From: Hyalangium minutum
Lineage (GTDB): Bacteria > Myxococcota > Myxococcia > Myxococcales > Myxococcaceae
Length of the DNA stretch: 64,000 nucleotides
NCBI RefSeq assembly: GCF_000737315.1
Contig: NZ_JMCB01000007.1
Coordinates: forward strand, 1-64,000
Direction: 5' to 3'
Of this stretch, positions 17,448 to 27,383 are shown piece after piece. The translations under genes and the position numbers were made by a program. The notes beneath the pieces were generated by a model that had not been told where the DNA came from, searched no databases, and saw nothing but the letters and a program-made list of their open reading frames with translations. Every line of letters begins with the position of its first letter. The first letter of the stretch is position 1.

Positions 17448-19575
17448 ATGATGCGGCAGCGGCCAGAGCGGATGCGGCAGACCCGGCAGGAGCACGGCGT
17501 GCGGAGAGGTGCCCGCGCGGATTCTCCAGAGGAGGCTGGGGCTGGAGGGGAGCACTCCCACGAATGGGCACGGCATGGCCGCCTGCGCTCCGCTGCGCTC
17601 GTGGGCCTGGCGTGTGTGCTCGGGCTGGGCACTGTGCTGTCGAGCTGCGAGCGGCCAGAGAAGGGCGGGGCGTCAGCATCGGAGAGGCAGCATCCTCCAG
17701 GCGTGTCTGCCCCCTTCGACGTCAGCGAGGTGATGCGACGGGTTCACTTTGCCTGGCGCCCGGAGGAGGGGGGCTTCTCCGCCGGCCACTCCACCTACGC
17801 GGCGCGTGCCAGCGGCAGTGGCGCGTGGACCTTCACCGGTTTCCATCAGTCGGCGGAGCTGGGGCAACTGCAGAGCGCTCCCCTGCGCATCGAGACGGGC
17901 TCCCTCGAGCGAGGTGGCCGCCTGCTGACGCCCCCCGGGAACGCCGGAGTCTCCGAGGATGGCAGCCTGTCCATCGCCCGTGGGGCTGTGGTGGAGCGGC
18001 TGCGCAATGGTGAGGAGGGAGTGCGGCAGAGCTGGACGTTCGCGCGGCGTCCCGGTGGGGCTGGGCCGCTGACCGTGCGGCTGAGGGTGGAGGGGCTGCC
18101 CTTCGTCGGCGAGACGGCCTTGGGTCTGCACTTCGCGGATGCGAGCGGCCTGGGCGTCCGCTACGGCGCGGCGACGTGGACCGATGCGAGGGGCTCGAGC
18201 ACACCCGTGAGGGTGCGGTACGAGGCAGGCCAGGTGCTGATGGAGGTGCCCGCGGAGGTGGTGGAGGCCGCGGCGTATCCGGATGTCGCCAGCGGTGGCC
18301 TTCGACGGCCAGAACTACCTGGTGGTGTGGCAGGACGGCCGGGGAAATGGAAACCGCATCTATGGGGCGCGCGTGACGACGACGGGCGTGGTGCTGGAGC
18401 CGGAGGGCATCCGGCTCAATGGGGGGGGAGGACTCGCAGACCGGGCCCACGCTCGCCTTCGATGGGCAGAACTATCTGGTGGCGTGGCAGGACTGGCGGG
18501 CCTCCTCGCACTCGGACATCTACGGGGCACGGGTGCTGCCGGATGGCACGGTGCTCGATCCAGGGGGATTCTCCGTCTCCAGCGCGCCCGGTGAGCAGCT
18601 CCTCCCCACGGTGGCCTACGACGGCGAGGACTTCGTGGTGGTGTGGCAAAACGCGCAAGGGTCGGGACCGAATGATCTCTACGGCGCGCGGGTCACGCTG
18701 GGGGCGGCTGTGCTCGATAATCCGGGCTTTGCCATCGCGCAGGACGCCAGCGACGAGCTTGCGCCAAGGCTGAGCGCTGGAGGCGCGGGCCGTCTGCTGC
18801 TCGTATACCAGCGCATGGAACTCCAGGCTCCGTATGGGACCCAACGTGTTCGCGCTCGGCTCCTGACGACCTCTGGCGAGCCTCCCGATGCAGGAGTTCC
18901 GGATGCAGGTGCGCCCGATGCGGGGATTCCGAATGGAGGATCCTCGGGTGGGGCTGATGCAGGCCCGCTCGATGCGGGTGCTCAGGATGCGGGCGCTCCG
19001 GACAGCGGAATGCGGGTGTGGTGGATGGTGGCACGCCGGACGGGGGTGGGTCCGATCCGGGCAATCCAGACGGGGGCGGCTCCGATCCGGGCACTCCAGA
19101 CGGGGGCGGCTCCGATCCGGGCACTCCAGACGGGGGCGGCTCCGATCCGGGCACTCCGGACGGGGGGGGCTCCGATCCAGGCACGCCAGACGGGGGTGGC
19201 TCCGATTCAGGCACGCCAGACGGGGGCGGCTCCGATCCAGGCACGCCGGACGCGGGAGGTACGGATGCAGGTGGGCCTGGAGAAGAAGGGTCGGACGCGG
19301 GAAGGCTGGATGCAGGAGGCGTGGATGCCGGCAGGCAGGACGGTGGAGATCCCGATCAGGAGCTTCCGGACGCGGGCTCACTCGATGCGAGCGTTCCGGA
19401 CCCGACCGATGGAGGTAGAACGGATGCGGGAATCCCGGATGCCGGCGGAATGGACCCGGAGGTCGAGGCACCCGGAAGTTGCGGCTGCACGGGAGGAGGC
19501 CCCTCGTCGAGCCTCTTCTACGCGGGGCTGCTGCTGGCGTTCGCGTGGAGGAGGCGAAGCCGCGTTGCCGGGTGA
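17448..19575 (+). pseudogene. Large MYXO-CTERM surface protein, internally deleted and frameshifted
   Basis: Coding signal switches frame 3-1-2-1 near 18280, at the G8 run 18421-18428, and near 19010. It retains [13 protein letters not shown]...IYGARV repeats, a PDGGGSDPGT stalk and the C-terminal GCGCTGG-TM-RRR sorting signal. Confidence 0.82.
19030..19260 (+). repeat. 30-bp tandem repeat encoding PDGGGSDPGT (about 7-8 units)
   Basis: Repeated GGCTCCGATCCGGGCACTCCAGACGGGGGC with minor variants. Confidence 0.92.
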
Positions 19576-19668
19576 GTCCGAAGGGGAGGAGAACCTGGCG
19601 GACAGCCCTACCGGTTGGGACTCCCCTGTCGTCCGTGTTGCCTGGGGCCTCGCTCGGCTTACAGATTG

Positions 19669-20415
19669 TTAGCGTCCACGGAGGTTGACAGGGTTCTGCA
19701 CGGAGTAGGTTTCCGGCAGCGGCGCTCCCCTCCATGGGAGCGCTGAGAGCCACGGAGTCACCTCCGCGAGTGGAGGCTCCCAGGTCAAGGCGCTCTCTGG
19801 TTTGAATTCAAACGCTTGCCCTGCAGTGAAGGCCCGTTGGATGGCGCGGTAGGTGCCACACGCTGGATGGTCCGCGCGGGCTGACCAGCCGAGGTCCACC
19901 TGTGCGGCGTACGAGACGTAGCGTTCATCTGGGTATGTGTATGAACGCGTTGTGTCGAAGTGCAAGCCGTATTTCTGGTAGAAGGGAAGAACTTTCTTGT
20001 GTGCGAAGCCATAGGCCTGCTTGGAGCCGAGGACACGGCAAGCCACCGCAGCTCCCAGGAAGACGAAGTCAGCAGCCCCGCTGTGAGCGACCTCCCGATC
20101 CACCCAGACGCCACAAAACTCTGCTGGGACATCCGCCAGTTGGCTGAGGATGAGCGCAGCCAGCAGAGGTTCCTGCACGCATCGCTCGATGGGCAAAGGC
20201 GTGAGCGCAGTGCGCAGGTGCACGCGGGTGCCGCCCACCATCACGCCATCCTCCCGGTAGGCGCCAACCGCAAAAACAGCTCCACGAGGCACCACCATCC
20301 ACGACGGCTCCGCCACGGACTCCACACCATAGGCAGCGTAGGCCCTGCGCTGGCCTGCCAGGTAACACCCAGCCTGCTCAGGGTTCTCACGCGTATCAAA
20401 GAGTCGAAGTTCCAT
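19669..20415 (-). CDS. GNAT-fold protein, LuxI/FeeM-like acyltransferase candidate
   Basis: Pattern MVGGTRVH...PLPIE...AEFCGVWVDREVAHSG...FYQKYG resembles a GNAT beta-4/acyl-donor-binding region. No precise family assignment was possible. Confidence 0.6.
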   Translation of the reverse strand: MELRLFDTRENPEQAGCYLAGQRRAYAAYGVESVAEPSWMVVPRGAVFAVGAYREDGVMVGGTRVHLRTALTPLPIERCVQEPLLAALILSQLADVPAEFCGVWVDREVAHSGAADFVFLGAAVACRVLGSKQAYGFAHKKVLPFYQKYGLHFDTTRSYTYPDERYVSYAAQVDLGWSARADHPACGTYRAIQRAFTAGQAFEFKPESALTWEPPLAEVTPWLSALPWRGAPLPETYSVQNPVNLRGR

Positions 20416-20992
20416 GCAGGCCCCCTGAGAGAACGGAGAAACGCCGCTCCCAGACTTGTTCCTTGTAGGGAATCCAGGCGGCCGCCATTCCTGACGGCAA
20501 CGCCACGGTGCCTGCCTTTATCAGCTCAATGGAAGCCCTCAAGAAAACATCATCGTCCCAGCTCTTGTTATCTTGAAATTGAATTGCCGTTTCAGGTTTC
20601 TAGCCAGTCAGGAATCCAGGACTCTGTCGGCTCGTAGACAGTACAGGAATTCAAAAGCCCTCCCATGACCAAGGAAAAAATTGAAAGTCCATAGCCCGGA
20701 CTTACCACCAGATGATCATCGATCGATGATATCGCGGCGGGTGAAGACGTTCGCCGCGTCGCTACGCGAACTTCATCGGCGACGCGACCTCGCTTTTGGC
20801 TTGCCGCCCGAACCGGCGCAGCGATGGACGTGCTGAACGCGTCACGGTGGAACACGGACCGCGGTGCCGTTTTGCGTCAGGGTTACCGAAGCGGCTGCGC
20901 GGAACAGCCTGGCGACTTTTTATGCATCATTGACTTACCTGCCGGCTCATTCACTTCGCTGGACCTACCTGGACCTCTGCGAAAGCGAAAAC

Positions 20993-23314
20993 ATGCCGAG
21001 CCTTCGAAGTCTCCCCTCTCTCGCCGCAGCCCTGCTGCTCTCCCTCGCAGCCTGCACTTCCGAGCCCACCGGTGAGCCTACCGGCTCTGTCCAATTCGCC
21101 GCCACCGCCCAGCAGGCGCTCTCCGCCAATGATGCCACCCGCGTCAAGGTAACCGTCTCCGCCACGGATATGAGCTCCCTCGTCGTCGAGCTGGCCAAGG
21201 TCAGCGGCGCCTGGGGCGGCATTATCGGCAACATCCCCGTGGGCTCCAACCGCACCTTCCTCGCCGAGGCCTTCGACTCGGCCGGCACCAAGATCTTCCA
21301 GGGCCAGACGTCGGGCGTGACCATCACCGCCAACCAGACCACCGCCGTGGCCATCACCCTCCAGGAGATTGTTCCCCCTCCTGCCTATGGCAACGAGGCA
21401 CCCCTCGTTGAGTCCGTCGTGGCTTCCGCCACCACTGTCCAGACAGGCGCCTCCATCACCCTGAGCTCGACGGTGCGTGATCCCAACACGGGGGACACCC
21501 TCACCCAGGCATGGACGGCCTCCAGCGGCTCCTTCTCCACCCCCACGGCCACGTCCACCTCGTGGACGGCGCCTTCCTCCACTGGAATTCAGACCCTCAC
21601 CCTGACCGTGACGGACTCCCAGGGGGCTGCCTCCTCCTTCTCCCTGTCTGTCAACGTCGTCTCTGGTGCCGCCACCGGTAGCGGGGCCGTCAACATCTCC
21701 TTCAACCTCTGGCCGGTGGTCTCCAAGGTCTCCCCCTCCCGCACCCGCCTCGACGCGGGACAGTCTGTCTCTGTGTCCGCCAACGCCTCGGATGCGAATG
21801 GAGATACCCTCTCCTACCAGTGGGCCACGAACGCGACGTGCCCCGGCACCTGGACGAATGCGACTTCCAGCGCCGCCTCCTTCGTCCCGTCCTCCGTTCC
21901 GTCCGCCGCGTGTAACAACTGCCAGCTCACCGTCACTGTTCAAGATGGCCGCGGGGGGCAGACCACGGGCTCGATCAACCTCTGCATTGCCGCCGCGTCC
22001 ACCGAGCGCTTCGTCCCCACCATCACCAACTTCTACCAGACCGCCAACACCACCTCCCCGGGACAGACCGTAACCTTTAGCGTCACCGCCCTGGACCCTC
22101 AGTCCAGCGCCCTGACGTTCGGTTGGAGTGCCAGTATCGGCTCGCTGGCCACGGCGCAGAACACCGCCAGCACCAGCCAGATCGTGTGGACGGCGCCTTC
22201 CTGCGCGGTGACGGGAGCTCCCCCCTCCGTCACGGCTGGCGCCACCAATACCTACGGCCTGACGGCCTCGAAGTCCTTCTCCGCCTCCGGCCTGCCAGCG
22301 TGCGCAACTGGCTGGGCGGGCGCAGGCACTCTGACCGCGGCCCGCCAGTACCACACCGCCACCTTGCTCTCCTCCGGCAAGGTGCTCGTCACGGGGGGCT
22401 CCGACAACCTCAATAGCTACCTCGCTTCCGCAGAGGTGTATGATCCAGCCACCCACTCCTGGTCCTCCGCAGGCACCATGGCCACGGCCCGCCGGAGCCA
22501 CACCGCCACCCTGCTCTCCTCCGGGAGAGTGCTCGTCACGGGGGGCTCCGGTAACAGCGGCCTCCTCCTCTCCGCGGAGGTGTACGACCCGGCCACCCAC
22601 TCCTGGTCCTCCGCAGGCACCATGGCCACGGCCCGCCAGTACCACACCGCCACGGCCCTGCTGCCCTCCGGCAAGGTGCTCATCTTGGGGGGCAGCGGCA
22701 GCAACGGCTACCTCGCCTCCGCGGAGGTGTACGACCCGGCTACCAACTCCTGGTCCTCCGCCAGCTCCATGACCACGGCCCGCTACCTACACACTGCCAC
22801 GGCCCTGCTCTCCTCCGGCAAGGTCCTCGTCACGGGGGGCCTCAATAGCAGCGGCACCATCGCCTCCCCGGAGGTGTACGACCCGGCCACCAACTCCTGG
22901 TCCTCCGCAGGCACCATGGCCTTGGCCCGCCGGCTCCACGCCGCCACCCTGCTTCACTCCGGCAAGGTGCTCGTCACGGGGGGGATCGGTGGCGCCCATC
23001 TCACCTCCGCGGAGGTGTACGACCCAGCCACCAACTCCTGGTCCTCCGCCGCGAGCATGCCCATCTACCGCGAGTCTCACACCGCCATCCAGCTCTCCTC
23101 CGGCAAGGTGCTCGTCGCAGGGGGCCACGACAGCATCAACTATCTCTCCTCCGCAGTGGTGTACGACCCGGCCACCAATGTCTGGTCCTCCGTCGGCGAC
23201 ATGCCCACGGCTCGCTACAACCACACCGCCGTCCTGCTCCTGTCGGGCAGGGTCCTCATCGCGGGGGGCGTCAATCCCAGCTACGTCCCCGCCGCGATGA
23301 TCTACACGCCCTGA
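20993..23314 (+). CDS. Kelch-repeat lipoprotein with N-terminal Ig/PKD-like domains
   Basis: Lipobox LAAC, Ser/Thr-rich Ig-like modules, and about seven repeats of RxxHTATLLxSGKVLVTGG...SAEVYDPATNSWSSAG. Confidence 0.92.
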   Translation: MPSLRSLPSLAAALLLSLAACTSEPTGEPTGSVQFAATAQQALSANDATRVKVTVSATDMSSLVVELAKVSGAWGGIIGNIPVGSNRTFLAEAFDSAGTKIFQGQTSGVTITANQTTAVAITLQEIVPPPAYGNEAPLVESVVASATTVQTGASITLSSTVRDPNTGDTLTQAWTASSGSFSTPTATSTSWTAPSSTGIQTLTLTVTDSQGAASSFSLSVNVVSGAATGSGAVNISFNLWPVVSKVSPSRTRLDAGQSVSVSANASDANGDTLSYQWATNATCPGTWTNATSSAASFVPSSVPSAACNNCQLTVTVQDGRGGQTTGSINLCIAAASTERFVPTITNFYQTANTTSPGQTVTFSVTALDPQSSALTFGWSASIGSLATAQNTASTSQIVWTAPSCAVTGAPPSVTAGATNTYGLTASKSFSASGLPACATGWAGAGTLTAARQYHTATLLSSGKVLVTGGSDNLNSYLASAEVYDPATHSWSSAGTMATARRSHTATLLSSGRVLVTGGSGNSGLLLSAEVYDPATHSWSSAGTMATARQYHTATALLPSGKVLILGGSGSNGYLASAEVYDPATNSWSSASSMTTARYLHTATALLSSGKVLVTGGLNSSGTIASPEVYDPATNSWSSAGTMALARRLHAATLLHSGKVLVTGGIGGAHLTSAEVYDPATNSWSSAASMPIYRESHTAIQLSSGKVLVAGGHDSINYLSSAVVYDPATNVWSSVGDMPTARYNHTAVLLLSGRVLIAGGVNPSYVPAAMIYTP

Positions 23315-23356
23315 GCGCACCTTCGCTCTGTAGACACGCACGGCGCTGAAGTGACG

Positions 23357-23390
23357 CGGCCCGCTCTCCTCACGGATGGCGGGCCGTTTT
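23357..23390 (+). terminator. Rho-independent terminator candidate after the Kelch gene
   Basis: CGGCCCGC...GCGGGCCG stem followed by TTTT. Confidence 0.6.
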
Positions 23391-23674
23391 GCGTCTGAGA
23401 CGTGGGAGCACCGGAGCGCTGAACCTGCCGTACCCTGGCTCACGATGGCACCCCACGCGAATCCCGGGCGCCAGCTGCAGGTCCAACGCCGAGGTGATGT
23501 CCGCTCTCGCCGTGGCCCTGTCCCCCCGCACGGTAGGCCGAGGCTCCCTCCATGAGCCGATCCGTCTCGGGCCCGTCATTCTCGACCGCCATGAGCGCCC
23601 CCGGATGAGTACCTGCGCGCCCGTGATACCGGTTAGGGTAGAACGGCCCAGCCAATCAATGAGCGGGGGGCTGG

Positions 23675-24385
23675 ATGCGTCCGACGCGGCAGGGCGGGAA
23701 GACGAAGAAAGCAGCGACAGCGAAGAAGACCACGGCGAAGAAGACCACGGCGAAGAAGGCCATTGCCAAGAAGGCCGCCGCGAAGAAGACGACCGCCAAG
23801 AAGGCCGCCGCGAAGGATGAGCTGCCGGTCCTGTCCTTCGCGAAGCAGGATGCGTGGTCGGAATGGCTCGCCAAGCACCATGCATCATCGCGTGGGGTGC
23901 GGCTGAAGTTCGCCAGGAAGGCATCCGGCATCCCTTCCATCACCTATCAGGAAGCGCTCGAGGTGGCGCTCATGTGGGGATGGATCGATGGCCAGGGGCA
24001 GAGGTTCAACGATACCTTCTGGCTCCAGAGGTACACCCCGCGCGGGCCCCGGAGCATCTGGTCCAAGATCAATCGCGAGCGGGCGCTGGCGCTCATCGCG
24101 TCGGGGAAGATGAAGCCGGCCGGGCTCGAGCAGGTCGAGCGCGCGAAGAAGGACGGACGCTGGGAGGCAGCCTACGACTCTCCGAGGAGCGCGACCGTGC
24201 CCGACGATCTGGCCGCGGCCCTCGCCGCCAACCCGCGCGCCGCCGAGTTCTTCGCCACGCTGGACGCGAGGAACCGCTACGCCGTGCTCTTCCGGACCCA
24301 CCACGCGAAGAAGGCGGAGACTCGCGCCCGGCGCATCGCGACCTTCGTCGAGATGCTCGCCCGGCACGAGAAGCTGCACCCCTGA
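23675..24385 (+). CDS. YdeI/OmpD-associated family protein with N-terminal Lys/Ala-rich histone-like tract
   Basis: EALEVALMWGWIDG, YTPRGPRSIWSKIN, GKMKPAGL, VPDDLAAALAANP and RARRI. The N-terminus has repeated AKKTT/AKKAA. Confidence 0.88.
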   Translation: MRPTRQGGKTKKAATAKKTTAKKTTAKKAIAKKAAAKKTTAKKAAAKDELPVLSFAKQDAWSEWLAKHHASSRGVRLKFARKASGIPSITYQEALEVALMWGWIDGQGQRFNDTFWLQRYTPRGPRSIWSKINRERALALIASGKMKPAGLEQVERAKKDGRWEAAYDSPRSATVPDDLAAALAANPRAAEFFATLDARNRYAVLFRTHHAKKAETRARRIATFVEMLARHEKLHP

Positions 24386-24464
24386 GGCACGGGAGCCCTA
24401 CGTCTGGTTCCGGCGCTTGTTCTGGCCCTATGGATGGGGCCAGCTGGAATGCTATCAGGGCGGT

Positions 24465-25259
24465 ATGAGACACCTCCCTGACCGGCACCGTGAGTTCCTC
24501 GCCACCGCGCTCGACGCGTGGAGGGCGCACTCTGGCATCCTGGGCGTCCTGGCGGGGGGCTCGTATTTGCGCCGGAGCATGGACGCGTTCTCCGACCTGG
24601 ACCTCGTGCTGGTGGTCTCGGAGGCGCTGCGGGCCACCATCGCCCAGGAGCGCCTCGGGCTCGCGCGGGCGGCGGGGCCCCTGCTGCAGGGCTTCACGGG
24701 GGAGCACGTCGGCGAGCCCCGGCTGCTCATCTGCCTCTATGGCCCGCCGCTGTTGCATGTCGACCTGAAGTTCCTCTCCGTCGCCGAGCTTGACGTGCGC
24801 ATCGAAGACCCGGAGGTGCTCTTCGAGCGGGGGGACGCTGTCACGCAGCGCCTGCGCTCGACGCGGGCGAGCGCCTTGGAGGCTCCGGCGCCCCAGTGGG
24901 TGGAGGACCGCTTCTGGGTGTGGATCCACTACGGCATCGACAAGGTGCGGCGAGGGGAGCTGTTCGAGTGCATGGATCTGCTGGCGTTCCTGCGGGCCCA
25001 GGCCCTGGCGCCGCTGATACAGCGCCTGGACGGTGGAGACTGGCGGGGAGTGCGGCGGCTCGAAGCCTCGCGCCATGCCCCGGCGCTCGCGCGAGTCTGT
25101 GCGCGCCATGATGCGCAGGAGTGCTTCCAGGCGCTGGCGGCCGCGGTCGAGGTCTACACCACGCTGAGAGGTGAGCTGGACGCGCCGCGAGCCCCCCAGC
25201 CCTCACCGGCGGAGCCCGCCGTCCGCGCCTACCTGGCAGAGGCCCGCGCAGGGAATTAG
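24465..25259 (+). CDS. Nucleotidyltransferase (aminoglycoside/lincosamide adenylyltransferase-like)
   Basis: Pol-beta-type motif LAGGSY...DAFSDLDLVLV, third Asp in HVDLKF, and a helical C-terminal domain (DRFWVWIHY...RGELFE). Confidence 0.78.
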   Translation: MRHLPDRHREFLATALDAWRAHSGILGVLAGGSYLRRSMDAFSDLDLVLVVSEALRATIAQERLGLARAAGPLLQGFTGEHVGEPRLLICLYGPPLLHVDLKFLSVAELDVRIEDPEVLFERGDAVTQRLRSTRASALEAPAPQWVEDRFWVWIHYGIDKVRRGELFECMDLLAFLRAQALAPLIQRLDGGDWRGVRRLEASRHAPALARVCARHDAQECFQALAAAVEVYTTLRGELDAPRAPQPSPAEPAVRAYLAEARAGN

Positions 25260-25498
25260 ATGAGCCGTACCAGCCCTACGGCGAGCCCCAGGCCCAACAG
25301 CGCGCCACCCGTGAGCAGCAGGAACCGCTTGCTGCTGTTGACGGGGAGTTCGGTTGGCTCCGGGCGAGGCCAGCTTCCTCGCCGCACCAACTCCTGCCAG
25401 CTGCGGATGTAGCGCACCCAGGCCAGGGCCGTGGAGGCAGCCCACTTGCGCCCCAGGCTCCAGCGCCTCCGTGGGCCGAGCACCCGCGCGAACTGCAC
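25256..25498 (-). CDS. Small hypothetical protein with C-terminal membrane helix
   Basis: 80 aa ending FLLLTGGALLGLGLAVGLVRLI. It fills the gap downstream of the LysR gene. Confidence 0.45.
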   Translation of the reverse strand: MQFARVLGPRRRWSLGRKWAASTALAWVRYIRSWQELVRRGSWPRPEPTELPVNSSKRFLLLTGGALLGLGLAVGLVRLI

Positions 25499-25527
25499 CT
25501 CATGGAGGGCTGCCCACGTCCCGACCG

Positions 25528-26496
25528 CTAACGCTTGGATCCGGCGGCCTTGCGTCCCCGGTCACTGACGGCTCGGGTTGCGTCGAACAGGCCGGCCAGG
25601 TCCTGGCGTTTGAACTCGCGCACGACGTAATCCACGAACACGCGAGTCTTCGCGGGGAGCTGCCGGTGCCCTGGGTAGTAGAGCGAGATCGGGCCGGCAT
25701 CGGCGTACCAGTCCGGCAGGAGCCGCACCAGCGTTCCCTCGCGCAGGTGGGGCAGCGCACTGAGCGTCGAGACGAGGGTGATGCCCAGGCCCATCAGGGC
25801 GCAGTGACAGAGGGAGCCGGGGTCATTGAGGATCATGCGTGGCTGCAGCTCGACGGCGACCTGCTCTCCCGCGCGGTTGCGCAGCGTCCTGGAATGGAGG
25901 CGTCCCGTCAGCGGAGAGCGCAGCAGGATGCCTTCGAGGCGCTGGAGGTCGGCGGGCTCCTGAGGTGGAGTGATTCGCGCCAGATAGGAGGGCGAGGCCA
26001 CGGCAATGATGTGCACCCGGGCGAGCTCGCGCGCGGCGAGTCCCGAGGCAAGGTCGAAGCCGCCGCCAATCGCGGCGTCGAAACCTCCCTTGATGAGATC
26101 CACCGGCTGGTTGTTGAAGTCCCAGTCCGGGACGATGCCGGGATAGCGGGCGAGGAAGTCGTGGAGCAGCGGCAGGAGGTAGCCGCTCCCGAGGACGGGC
26201 GCCATGCTGACCTTCAGCACTCCGGCCGGTTTCTCGGCGGCATGTGAAGCGTTGGCGATGGCGGCTTGGAGGGTGTCGAGACTGCCACTGACCTCGCGCA
26301 GGAATCGCTCGCCGGGCTCGGTGAGGGTGAGGGCGCGGGTGCTGCGCTGGAACAGACGCACGCCCAGCCGGGCCTCGAGCCGCGCGACGTTCTGGCTCAC
26401 GGCGGCAGGCGTCAAACCGAGCTTGCGAGCGGCGGCGGAGAAGCTCGAGGACTGAGCGCTGCGGACGAAGGACTCCAGGGTGACGAGGGTCTCCAT
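25528..26496 (-). CDS. LysR-family regulator (CrgA/DmlR-like)
   Basis: SFSAAARKLGLTPAAVSQNVARLEARLGVRLFQRSTR and C-terminal LPAKTRVFVDY. It is divergent from the isochorismatase gene. Confidence 0.95.
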   Translation of the reverse strand: METLVTLESFVRSAQSSSFSAAARKLGLTPAAVSQNVARLEARLGVRLFQRSTRALTLTEPGERFLREVSGSLDTLQAAIANASHAAEKPAGVLKVSMAPVLGSGYLLPLLHDFLARYPGIVPDWDFNNQPVDLIKGGFDAAIGGGFDLASGLAARELARVHIIAVASPSYLARITPPQEPADLQRLEGILLRSPLTGRLHSRTLRNRAGEQVAVELQPRMILNDPGSLCHCALMGLGITLVSTLSALPHLREGTLVRLLPDWYADAGPISLYYPGHRQLPAKTRVFVDYVVREFKRQDLAGLFDATRAVSDRGRKAAGSKR

Positions 26497-26635
26497 GCTT
26501 TAAACGTCCTGTTGAAAGTGATGCTGGAGACGGCCCTCTACTGCGAGGAGCGTCGGGCATCCATCATCGTCTCCAACAGCCCACGGGCGCGGACCGAGGT
26601 GTCCGTGCCCTTTCCTGCTGTCCTTGGAGAACACC

Positions 26636-27292
26636 ATGAGCCCTCCCCACAACCCGAAGACCGGCCTGGATGCGCTGCTGACGCCGGACAACTGCGTGTT
26701 GATCCTGATCGACCACCAGCCGTTCCAGTTTGCCGGCCTGCGCAGTCACGACACACAGACCATCATCAACAACGTGGTGGGGCTGGCCCGTGCCGCGAAG
26801 CTGTTCAAGGTGCCGACGCTGCTGACCACGGTGTTGGAGGAGCGCGGCGGTTACATCATCAAGCAGTTGCAGGACGTGTTTCCTGAGCAGAAGCCCATCA
26901 ACCGCACGTTCATCAACACGTGGGAGGACGCGCGGGTGGTGGAGTGGGTGAAGAAGACAGGGAAGAAGAAGATCGTCATGGCGGCGCTGTGGACGGAGAT
27001 CTGCCTGGCGTTCCCGGTGATTCACGCGCTGGGCGACGGGTACGAGGTCTACATCGTCACCGACTCCTCGGGAGGAGTGTCGGTGGAAGCGCACGAGGTG
27101 GCGATTCAGCGGATGGTGCAGGCGGGGGCGGTGCCGCTCACGACGGGGGTTTTCGCCTCGGAGCTACAGCGCGACTGGGCTCGGACGGCGACGGTGGAAG
27201 GCCTGGCCGAGCTGATCATCGACCACATGGGCTCGGTGGGCACCAGCTACGTGTGGGAGCAGCAGCTCCTCAACACGCCCCCGCCGAAGTGA
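26636..27292 (+). CDS. Isochorismatase-family hydrolase (YcaC-like)
   Basis: LILIDHQP, RTFINTWED, ALWTEICLAFP (catalytic Cys) and YIVTDSSGG. RBS GGAGA. Confidence 0.92.
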   Translation: MSPPHNPKTGLDALLTPDNCVLILIDHQPFQFAGLRSHDTQTIINNVVGLARAAKLFKVPTLLTTVLEERGGYIIKQLQDVFPEQKPINRTFINTWEDARVVEWVKKTGKKKIVMAALWTEICLAFPVIHALGDGYEVYIVTDSSGGVSVEAHEVAIQRMVQAGAVPLTTGVFASELQRDWARTATVEGLAELIIDHMGSVGTSYVWEQQLLNTPPPK

Positions 27293-27383
27293 GGTCGCTG
27301 CGGCAGGGGCGATTCTGGGCTCTTGCTGTGGAGGCAGGCTTAAGGGGCTTGGCGTCCGTGAGGGGAGCACGGGCATCCTTCCC

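Noticed and set aside
19030-19260. Regular 30-bp repeats as a CRISPR array
   Set aside because: The units are contiguous with no unique spacers, they encode an in-frame PDGGGSDPGT linker, and there are no cas genes.
22321-23270. Regularly spaced conserved DNA motifs as CRISPR or integron attC array
   Set aside because: Fully explained by in-frame Kelch repeats.
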